Assembly (NCBI GenBank): GCA_020184695.1
Contig: JAANOX010000061.1
Coordinates: 248,001 to 312,000, forward strand
Direction of reading: 5' to 3'
Length of the DNA: 64,000 nucleotides
From: Histomonas meleagridis 2922-C6/04-290x
Lineage: Eukaryota > Protista > Parabasalia
The position numbers were made by a program, and so were the translations under genes. Position 1 is the first letter of the stretch. Each line of letters starts with the position of its first letter. Shown here piece after piece: positions 33,073 through 42,081 of the stretch. A model generated the notes under the pieces. It searched no databases. It was not told the origin of the DNA and saw nothing but the letters and a program-made list of their open reading frames with translations.

Positions 33073-33590
33073 AATTATTGTTGTGAATGAAATATTTGGA
33101 TTACTCGCTTAATGATGAATTGAACCGCTTCGCATAAAGTTCTTCAACAGTAAATATGTTATTGATTGCACAAAAAGAATTTATTCAGGTGTACATCTCC
33201 CTGTGTTCAATTTTTTATCAGATACTGAAAATTTGGTAAGTTAAAATACTTAAGCTGTTATACGTAGATAGAATAGACCACGGATTTTTGGAAATAACCG
33301 TAAAAATGAATGTATCGGTAATACAAAAACTCAAAAATACGATTAAATCCAATTCAAAATAAACATGTTGATCAACGTCATCTGATAAAAATTTAAAAAC
33401 ATTCACTTTCCTTAAAATTTAAAAAGGTAATACTATAGGGTACCTTACTTTAATAGTTAAATAAAACAACCTAAACATTATGACATATTTTCCAAAATGG
33501 GCATCCGCTGGCAGTTAAGCATTTAAGTATTTGAAGAGGTACCATTTCAATAACACATACATATCATAAAAATAAGTTTGTAACACAAGT

Positions 33591-34142
33591 TTACTTTGAG
33601 AAATTAAAAAATTTCTTTTTCTTCTTTTTCATATTTTGCTTTATGATGTCCTTAGCAAATTTTACAAATGGTTGTTTGATGTTTACGTCAGAAAAGGCAG
33701 ATGTCTCAACAAAGCGACAACTTAAGCGCGCTGCTAATTCAATTCCTTTGGATTGCGGAATACTGCGTTTTTCTTCAAGGTCACATTTGTTCCCTGAGAT
33801 GATAATTGGAACTTTTGTACTATTTTTTATTGATACTATTGTGTTATAAAATTTTTCGACAAATTCAAAAGATATCGGATCATCAATTGCATAACAAATG
33901 ATGAAGAAATCATTTTTCTTTATCCAATTTGATAACAAGAGTTCGTAGTCATCAGTGCCACTGAAGTCCCATATCTTAAACTCAACATTTTCATTTTCAA
34001 TTTGAATAGTATATTGGAAAGCATCATATATTGTTGGAACATAGGCATCAGTAAAATATCCTTCTACAAGCCGTCTTATTAATGATGTTTTACCAACACC
34101 ACCCATTCCAACAATAAGAACATTGCAGATTGCGCTCTGCAT
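33591..34142 (-). CDS. Ras-family small GTPase lacking CAAX
   Basis: GMGGVGKT, YVPTIYD, WDFSG, NKCD, ETSA; ends KKKKKFFNFSK. Confidence 0.88.
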   Translation of the reverse strand: MQSAICNVLIVGMGGVGKTSLIRRLVEGYFTDAYVPTIYDAFQYTIQIENENVEFKIWDFSGTDDYELLLSNWIKKNDFFIICYAIDDPISFEFVEKFYNTIVSIKNSTKVPIIISGNKCDLEEKRSIPQSKGIELAARLSCRFVETSAFSDVNIKQPFVKFAKDIIKQNMKKKKKKFFNFSK

Positions 34143-34328
34143 GCAAAGCGGTTTTTCGTTCTATTTGGCGCATCCCGAAATTTCCGTTTAAAAACCGATA
34201 CCAGAAAAAACCAAATTGGAAAAAAATAGTCAGAATGAACACACAAAAAACCAACTTGGAGTGTCTCTCATCTATACACAAATTGAATCGATTTTTTATT
34301 AAAAATTGGTTTAAAAATACTTTCTATT

Positions 34329-35393
34329 TTGGTTGAACCACAAGAGAAAGAACAACGCTCTTGTATATATAAAATTAAAATTATCTGCATACTTATTATC
34401 CCAACTGTATCATTATTTCTTTTTTATATAAATATATTTCAAGCTTTGTATAATATTCAATTTTCTTCAATCAAACCAAATAAAGACAAAAGCAAAAACA
34501 AAATATTATTTATTATGCTGACTATGCAAAACAGAAGCATTGCTAAATATATGAATAAAAATAATATTTATCATATCAATAAAATGCCAGAATTTCAAGC
34601 AATTTACATCAATTACTCCACAATAAACATAACAAGACCCGCTAATTTAACCCAATTTACAGATGAAGACATATTTAATCTTTATCCACCTCAATATTAT
34701 GAAGATCTTGTATCACAAAACACACTTACAGACATCAAAAATCCGCAACTTTTTGCTAAATCATATTTTGGCCTCAAGTATTTTTATTATGAAACAAATT
34801 ATCGTTGGGTATTTCGAGCCTGTGATGATACTGCTATTAATTATAATCTCTTATATAATTATACCAATGAACTTGAAAACAAATACGATCCATTAGAAGA
34901 AGCAGTTATTCTTGGTAATTGTGTATTTAATGAGTATGGTAATTATTTGCAAGGTGGATCTGGTTTCCTATACTCGCGAAAGGCTGTTGAGCTGATGCTT
35001 CCACATTTCCCTGAAGCTATTATAAAGACAAACATTGGAGAAGACATATTTCACAATATGTTTCTCGAGAGATTAAACATTAGCTTAGAAAAAGCAACTT
35101 CAACACACTTCATTGGACATAACTTCCACAATTATGACGTTGCTAGAATTATGAATAATGACTTCTCGAATATTCCAATATGCCAAAAGATAATGACTCA
35201 TAAACGGGAAAACCATTGTGCGCCATTTCATGCGCCTCTTAATAAAGTTATGTTTTTCCACATGCTATACCATGACCCAACGAATGGTGAATTCCTTAAA
35301 ATCGCAAATTCTTTGTTTAATGCAAATGATACAATTCACTTCACACTTGTGAGTACTGGGATATGTAACCCACATTTATGTAGAAATATATAA
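34329..35393 (+). CDS. GT31/Fringe-like beta-1,3-glycosyltransferase, paralog B
   Basis: Shares long identical blocks with paralog A (KYMNKNNIYHINKMPEFQAIYINYST; KYDPLEEAVILGNC; YLQGGSGFLYSRKAVELMLPHFPEAI). Also lacks an ATG before the TM. Confidence 0.8.
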   Translation: MVEPQEKEQRSCIYKIKIICILIIPTVSLFLFYINIFQALYNIQFSSIKPNKDKSKNKILFIMLTMQNRSIAKYMNKNNIYHINKMPEFQAIYINYSTINITRPANLTQFTDEDIFNLYPPQYYEDLVSQNTLTDIKNPQLFAKSYFGLKYFYYETNYRWVFRACDDTAINYNLLYNYTNELENKYDPLEEAVILGNCVFNEYGNYLQGGSGFLYSRKAVELMLPHFPEAIIKTNIGEDIFHNMFLERLNISLEKATSTHFIGHNFHNYDVARIMNNDFSNIPICQKIMTHKRENHCAPFHAPLNKVMFFHMLYHDPTNGEFLKIANSLFNANDTIHFTLVSTGICNPHLCRNI

Positions 35394-35446
35394 TAAAATG
35401 ATTATTTAGAATGATTTGTTGTTAACAAAATTTTGCATTTATTATT

Positions 35447-35725
35447 ATATTGTTATTGGTGAAAATGTTAAATCTATTGGATCTTTAGCATTTCAATACA
35501 ATACATTGTATTGTTTATTCCTTCAATATATAAAAGTATCAAATGATAATAATTATTGTGCTAATTATATTGAAGGTATTCTTTTTATAAAAATCTTATG
35601 ATACTTATTTGTTATTCAATAAGAAATCAAAATACTATTTATAAAAATATATTCCAAATTTTGTTGTTGAAATTGAAGACAATGTATTTACTGGATGTGA
35701 AAAATTGGAAACAATTTTCATAATT
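35447..35725 (+). pseudogene. Degenerate BspA-like LRR fragment
   Basis: Recognisable copy of the 22040-22440 region (IGENVKSIGSLAF...YIKVSNDNNY...RNQNT...VFTGCEKLETIF) with indels and stops. Confidence 0.7.
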
Positions 35726-35948
35726 AATTTAATAATTCTGGTTAACTTAATAATTTTAAACAATACGTATATTTATTGTGATCAGATGAAACCTTCCAAA
35801 GATATTCCATTAATTATGGAATTTGAACACTTTTAATATTTCATATGGAACCATGTAACTGCTAAAATATCATCAATATAATCAAATTAGTTATATATAA
35901 CTAAAACTTATTTAGTTATTATTTTCATAAAAAATCATATAAAATTAT

Positions 35949-36460
35949 TTAGAAACACTTACGATGAACAACTCTAGGACCTTCATCTTCATATTCATCC
36001 CTTATAATAACCATTTGTGGGAATGTCGAAAGCGATGCAAGTTTGCTACCCCCGATCCACTTCAGCTGAAACTGCATTGATCTTCATTGTTGACGGCGAA
36101 ACATTCAGTAATTCATTTTCTATACGTTCTTGAAATCCTTCGATCAATGTGTTACCACCAAAAAGAAAAACATTAGCATAGAGATCTTTAGGAATATTAG
36201 TGTCACATTCCGTGATGGAATTAAAAAGAGTTTCATAAATACCTTCTAAACCATCTTATTGTGGCTTGAATAGAAGCTCTGCACATTTGAAGAGAGCAAC
36301 AGCTCATTTCCAACTGGAACAGGTGGTGATGACATTGCCATCAGGAAGTGTGGATGAGATATTATATTCGTATGTTACCATATGGTAGGATTTGATGAGT
36401 AAAGCGAAAGAACGGATTGAATGCCAACATATAATGCTGGAACATGAGAAATTTAATGGT
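35949..36460 (-). pseudogene. Actin-family pseudogene fragment
   Basis: Broken frames give [72 protein letters not shown] and [11 protein letters not shown], with large internal deletions. Confidence 0.8.
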
Positions 36461-36658
36461 GATCATAAAAAACAACATTGGTTTTAATTTTCATTTCGTG
36501 GTGTTTCAAAATTAATGAAATTTATTTCCCAGGTATCTAATTAATTATTTATAAAAAACACAGTTTAAACAAAAATTCTATTTCGTTTTTTGTGGAACGT
36601 TTATCGGTAACGTTCCCTATTATAGAATTCGTTACTCGAATAAATAATAAACGTATAA

Positions 36659-39600
36659 ATGATGCAAGCGAATGAAGTGAGTTCTGGCGATTGGAAAATA
36701 CGACTAAAAGCATATGAAGATATTTTCCAATTAATGTCAGATCCATCAGAACAAATATTAAGTCAACTTCTTACAGAACTCCCAAATTATCTTGCTGATG
36801 AAAATCCAAACTGTCAAAAAGTTGCAATTATGATTTGCGAAAAGTATTTTAAAGTATCTCCATATGTTAATTATTCCTTAGTTTCAAAAGTACTAATTGA
36901 AAAATGCCTTCCAGCAAAACAACAGATTTCTGATATTGCAATTAATTTATTAACACAATGCTTAAAAAAAGAAACTGATGAAGTATTAGATCAACTTTTT
37001 GATGGTCTTACAGAGAAACCTTCACAAATTATTTTATCTGTAATTTCAATTATTGTTGCATTTCTAGCAACTTTAACAACAAAAGATTCAACTGTTGCTT
37101 CCAAGGTGATAGATAAACTCAAACCTCTTCTTGATCATCCCGATCCGAAAGTATCGAAAGAAGTTTCAGCTGCTATTGCATCAGCACGGATTGTTTCAGG
37201 TTTAGACCTCGACACACTTACATCTTCATTACCCAGTTCACCGGTATCTTCCACTAATTCACCTCGTCGAAAACGAACTAATGATAATTGGATCACACTT
37301 ATTACCAGCCAAAATTGGAAAGATCGTAAAACTGGGTATGAAGAACTCTTAGATTCCATTAATGAAAGCAGCCAACTAAGCGTAATTGAGCATGACTTTC
37401 TTGTGCCTGCATCAACCGAAAAAAACGTTCTCTGCGAAGGTGTCATCATTCAAATCATTGACAAACTTGCTCGAACCTTCAAAGCACAACTCACAAAGAA
37501 ACTACGTGAATACATAACACCGTTAATGAACATGTTTATGCAAAAGCGTCAATCGCGAATTACGACTCTTCAAAAAGCGTTTGATTCATTAGCCACAAAT
37601 GTAGTTACATCGCCATATAAGCCTCCTTTTTTAGAGTTTTTACTTAAGATGATGAACTCACCGAACGCGCGCCTCAAAGAAGAAGCGTTAGCATTTATCA
37701 CACGAAATAATAACAACAATGAAATTAGTGCACAAATTCAAGAAGCTTTAAAAAACCTCACAACAGATTCCAATCAAAATGTCCGTGAATTAGCATCGAA
37801 AATACTTGGGAACATCGGAAACAATGATTTAAGTAATATTAAACATGAACAACACCCAAAAAGTAGAGCTGTTTCACCTGATCATGTTCGGAGGCCATTA
37901 CGAAGGAAAACGAATTTCTTTAACTTGAAAACTGGTTTCGAAAGTTGGGTCTCACCTGAAATATTAACGCAATTAAACTCTAATCAATGGTCTTCAATTA
38001 CACAAGGATTAACATCACTACAAGAACAATTCGATGATGACCCTTCGCAGCCTTCATCTGTTATTGTTGGCCTTTCTTCGATATTTACTGGGAAAACATT
38101 TACTCCGAAAGTGATGATAAATATTATGCAAAGTTTAATATATTATATGAAATCAGATACCGAAAAAATTCATGATGAAGCTTTAACTTCTGCAATATCA
38201 TTTGCAATTGATAATATTCAAGAAAAACGATTTGAACAACAAGTTTTCGAGATTTTGGATTTAGCATCTGAAATTAATTCAGCACAATTCGTGTTCCAAC
38301 TTTTATATCCACAAATTACAGCAAAAAACCCAATTTTACCATTAAGAATTGGAAATTATTTTTCACATTATTTAAAGAAATATGGAATTGATCAAAGTAT
38401 TAATGTCGAAGAATTTGCAACACAAATTAAACCATTGTTTACACATGGAGATTCAGCAGTACGAAAAATCGGTAAAGAATGTTATGAATCCATAAAATCT
38501 TATAACAAAGAAATCGCAGAAAATTATTTTTCATATGTTAAAACTAATAAATCGATAAAACCTAAAAAATCATCGCCCATAAAACAACAAAATAATAACA
38601 TTAATAATCAAGAAAAAGATATTTCTTATTCAAGAGAACAAATAAAACCTAAAATTCGATCTGAAATTCCGATACCAAAAGGAATTCGATCATTTTCGCC
38701 ATCGAAATCATCAAATAATCAAAACCAAAACCAAAACATTGATAAATCATTTATACCTTCTCGAATAATACAGCAAATATCTAAAACAGGTTCAATTCTT
38801 GATACCCGTCGTGCGCTGGATGAAACAGAAAGTATATTAACTAAACAACTAGAACAAAAAGGAATTTCGACAATACAAAGTTCGGAATTCAATGAATTGT
38901 TTTCACGTTTAAGACAATGGTTAAAAGATCCGAATTCAAGTATAGTATTATCTGTTACGAAAGTTATTGGATTATCATTTAAAGTGATTATCAAAGATCA
39001 AATTGTTAATGTGTCAACCGATTTCTTAATCGACGTTTGTTTGTTACTTAACTTTTCAAATAAAGCAATTCGTAACTCAACAATTTCAACATTGACTTAT
39101 TTGGATTCCATTTATCCCGAATTTGTTGACAAAATATTTCTTCAAGCATTCCCAAAGTTTAACGTCGAAGGTAAAAAAGCAGCAATTTCATTTCTTAAGA
39201 CTTTAAACTTCGAGATGAATATTCAACAATATAACTCATTAATTGTTGGATTCTTAAGTGATAAATCGGATAATTATAAAGAAGCTGCTAAGCCTTTGAT
39301 AGAGAAATATTTGATGCTTCCAAATTCGGTTGAATCCATTCATCAATCTGTTGAACAATTTCCACCTGCCCAAAAGAATCTTGTCATTTCACGTTTGGCA
39401 ACATTTGGTAAGAACTCGATAATACCATTCGCACATACATGGAAAGAAATCCCGAAGCCCTCAGATAAAGAACAACGAGAACAAATGCTCGATCCGTTTT
39501 TGCCGCTGAAAGTATTGAATTCTGAGGAGCAAACCGAAACTTTGATTGAAATTCTGTATCGTTACTCGGAGAAATATTTTGACAATCCCGAAGAAATTAT

Positions 39601-41017
39601 ATCAAATGATCCGAATGCGATCCAAAATGTATGTCAAGAATTTTTAGAGTTAATGAATAATGACTTTAATAATTTCTCATTAATAATCGATATTATCTTT
39701 CTTTGGTGGTCAACGCAAGCACTTTTAATACAAGTTCAAGATGGATTTAATCAAATTATACATTTTTTATCGAAATTACTGAATGAATTATATATTAAAA
39801 ATAGGAAACTTTCGATTTATGAACATTCAATTATATTACCAATAGTATTCGAATGTTTGGGAAGAAATGAAAGTTTATGGGAACCGATTCGAGTCGAATT
39901 ACTTAAAGTATGTAATGAAAAAGAAGTAATTACAACATTAGTCCATTTATTAACAATTGCTTCTGCGATATTTACAATTGTTGCGACATTTAAAACGTTA
40001 ATGATCGTGTTACCAACTATAGGTAACGAAGGCTTAAAATATGTAACTGAACTTCAAAGTTCAACAAAACGAATTCGTGACATCATTGGTGACAACAAAG
40101 AAAAGAACAAAGAATTATATGAAACAGTTATCCAATTTACTGAATTTTTAGAGAAATATAAGAAATCGAATGAAAATATTCCAATCAACAAAAACAATAA
40201 CAATAAGCAAACAAAAGTATCAAAATGCGAATTAAGTAATGAAATATTACAAATGATTGACGAACCATTGTTTGCAATATATCAATGGATTATAGATATT
40301 AACTCAGATGATACAAATGTTTCAGTGTTAGCACTCAAATCAATTTCCTCACAAATGAAAAAGGATCCGTCTGTGTTCAAGCCGCACGTCGACGGGTTAA
40401 TCATTGCGCTCATTAAGAAAATGCATTTCCAATTCAGCATTAATCCATTACCAATTCGTTTATGCAAATATATATCGTTTTGTTTGTTGACGTTTTTTAA
40501 TGAAACAAATTTGAAAAATATTATTAGAGTCGAATTCGTTCATCAAATTTTTTATGAATTGTTGACGCATTTGTCAAATGGAATCGTGGAACCTGTGTTA
40601 AATCAGGTGCTAAACGCAATAATAGTGAAACTAATGGAGGATTGCCCAATGAAGTCATTCGCTGCTTTGTTGGAGGCAATCGGAGAATATAATAATTTGC
40701 AACAATTTAACGAAAAATGGATTAGATTGTCCATTAAATGTTTCGACGCATGCGGTGTAAGAATTTGTGAAATAGGTGACGCGCATCATATCGCTGCTGC
40801 AATAATTCAAATCGACCAATTTTATCTGAAAAACCCTGTGCAAAAAATAGCACAGGCGCAGTTCGGTCATAAGGTTATAAAGGCTTTCAACTCGTTCTTG
40901 TCGTTGGCTTTCAGAGATTTCGGTGATGAATTAAAAGATACAAATTTGTTCGAAAAAATTTCAAAGAATTCGCCAATATTAGAGTTTGCAGGAAATAATC
41001 AAAATGATTCGTTTTGA
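36659..41017 (+). CDS. XMAP215/Dis1/ch-TOG-like microtubule regulator (TOG/HEAT repeats)
   Basis: 1452 aa. TOG N-cap motifs DWKIRLKAYE, NWKDRKTGYEEL, QWSSITQGL; HEAT repeats; C-terminal helical domain. Confidence 0.8.
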   Translation: MMQANEVSSGDWKIRLKAYEDIFQLMSDPSEQILSQLLTELPNYLADENPNCQKVAIMICEKYFKVSPYVNYSLVSKVLIEKCLPAKQQISDIAINLLTQCLKKETDEVLDQLFDGLTEKPSQIILSVISIIVAFLATLTTKDSTVASKVIDKLKPLLDHPDPKVSKEVSAAIASARIVSGLDLDTLTSSLPSSPVSSTNSPRRKRTNDNWITLITSQNWKDRKTGYEELLDSINESSQLSVIEHDFLVPASTEKNVLCEGVIIQIIDKLARTFKAQLTKKLREYITPLMNMFMQKRQSRITTLQKAFDSLATNVVTSPYKPPFLEFLLKMMNSPNARLKEEALAFITRNNNNNEISAQIQEALKNLTTDSNQNVRELASKILGNIGNNDLSNIKHEQHPKSRAVSPDHVRRPLRRKTNFFNLKTGFESWVSPEILTQLNSNQWSSITQGLTSLQEQFDDDPSQPSSVIVGLSSIFTGKTFTPKVMINIMQSLIYYMKSDTEKIHDEALTSAISFAIDNIQEKRFEQQVFEILDLASEINSAQFVFQLLYPQITAKNPILPLRIGNYFSHYLKKYGIDQSINVEEFATQIKPLFTHGDSAVRKIGKECYESIKSYNKEIAENYFSYVKTNKSIKPKKSSPIKQQNNNINNQEKDISYSREQIKPKIRSEIPIPKGIRSFSPSKSSNNQNQNQNIDKSFIPSRIIQQISKTGSILDTRRALDETESILTKQLEQKGISTIQSSEFNELFSRLRQWLKDPNSSIVLSVTKVIGLSFKVIIKDQIVNVSTDFLIDVCLLLNFSNKAIRNSTISTLTYLDSIYPEFVDKIFLQAFPKFNVEGKKAAISFLKTLNFEMNIQQYNSLIVGFLSDKSDNYKEAAKPLIEKYLMLPNSVESIHQSVEQFPPAQKNLVISRLATFGKNSIIPFAHTWKEIPKPSDKEQREQMLDPFLPLKVLNSEEQTETLIEILYRYSEKYFDNPEEIISNDPNAIQNVCQEFLELMNNDFNNFSLIIDIIFLWWSTQALLIQVQDGFNQIIHFLSKLLNELYIKNRKLSIYEHSIILPIVFECLGRNESLWEPIRVELLKVCNEKEVITTLVHLLTIASAIFTIVATFKTLMIVLPTIGNEGLKYVTELQSSTKRIRDIIGDNKEKNKELYETVIQFTEFLEKYKKSNENIPINKNNNNKQTKVSKCELSNEILQMIDEPLFAIYQWIIDINSDDTNVSVLALKSISSQMKKDPSVFKPHVDGLIIALIKKMHFQFSINPLPIRLCKYISFCLLTFFNETNLKNIIRVEFVHQIFYELLTHLSNGIVEPVLNQVLNAIIVKLMEDCPMKSFAALLEAIGEYNNLQQFNEKWIRLSIKCFDACGVRICEIGDAHHIAAAIIQIDQFYLKNPVQKIAQAQFGHKVIKAFNSFLSLAFRDFGDELKDTNLFEKISKNSPILEFAGNNQNDSF

Positions 41018-41108
41018 TATGTTTTATAAAGAGATTACTTTAGATTTCTTTTTTTTTTGCAACTAAACAAACATTGTGAAATGATTTAAACGTTTTCTCT
41101 GGCTGAAG

Positions 41109-41666
41109 ATGGAAAACACCGAAATTACAGTTCAATTTCCTGATGAAGAAAGAGTAACTTATTCTTTACCAATGGATTCAACTGTCTCAGATTTAATTTC
41201 AGCAATTAAAAATGATTCAAGAATTTCTATTCCGGAAAATAGTCAAATAAGTATCATGTTCCTTGGACATTTTTTAAAGGAGTCAATGCTAATAAAGGAA
41301 ATTGATAATGATTCAGAATTTGTTGTAAGTTGTATTTTTAGAGCTCAAAAAAAATTTTATAGCTCAATGGAAATCACAGAAGAGGAAGAAGAAAATTCTA
41401 ATTCGAGCCCAAGTTACGGTGGTTTTGAGTACACGGATGAAAATGAATTAGTATCTTATGAGATTAGTGATGATGAAGATGAAGAAGATCATGAAGAATC
41501 CCCAAAAGGATGGAGTCCTTTTATAGTTGGCACCATAATAGGCATGCTTTTTGGGTATCATTGGCTAATGTTTCTTTTATTAATTTATCCAAATATATTA
41601 TTATTCATAGGTTATGCTTTTGGTGCTGGGCTAGTGATTTCAGTCAAAAACTGCATGTTTTTGTGA
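41109..41666 (+). CDS. Ubiquitin-like domain membrane protein (TMUB/Dsc3-like architecture)
   Basis: UBL N-terminus (TVSDLISAI...IMFLGHFL), acidic linker, two C-terminal hydrophobic helices. Confidence 0.7.
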   Translation: MENTEITVQFPDEERVTYSLPMDSTVSDLISAIKNDSRISIPENSQISIMFLGHFLKESMLIKEIDNDSEFVVSCIFRAQKKFYSSMEITEEEEENSNSSPSYGGFEYTDENELVSYEISDDEDEEDHEESPKGWSPFIVGTIIGMLFGYHWLMFLLLIYPNILLFIGYAFGAGLVISVKNCMFL

Positions 41667-42081
41667 TATTACTTAAGCCAAACTTTAAAATATTTTATTT
41701 GTTTAAAAATCAGAATTTATTTCATTTATATATTCAACTCGTAATGGAAAAAATTGTATTCACCTCCCATTTTCTTTAACAGGTTGCACTATCTTCTTAA
41801 AGAAAATAATGGATACTACTGCAATTCATTATACTGAACGAGAGTATTTTTTCAATGTTTTACACAGACGATCAAAACACAGTGAATTCCAAAAACCAAA
41901 TTATATTTGATCACCAAAAAACAAAATTTCTAGGGTCTTTAGTGCCAAAATTTTAATTTTTTTTAAGCGAAAAATTGTTTTTTCAATAAAAAAAAAAGAT
42001 TCGCAAAGTTTTTTATGAAAACCTTCTTCATATGAACAACACATATGTTTATGTATTAATGTTGTATAATTGCAAAATAAA

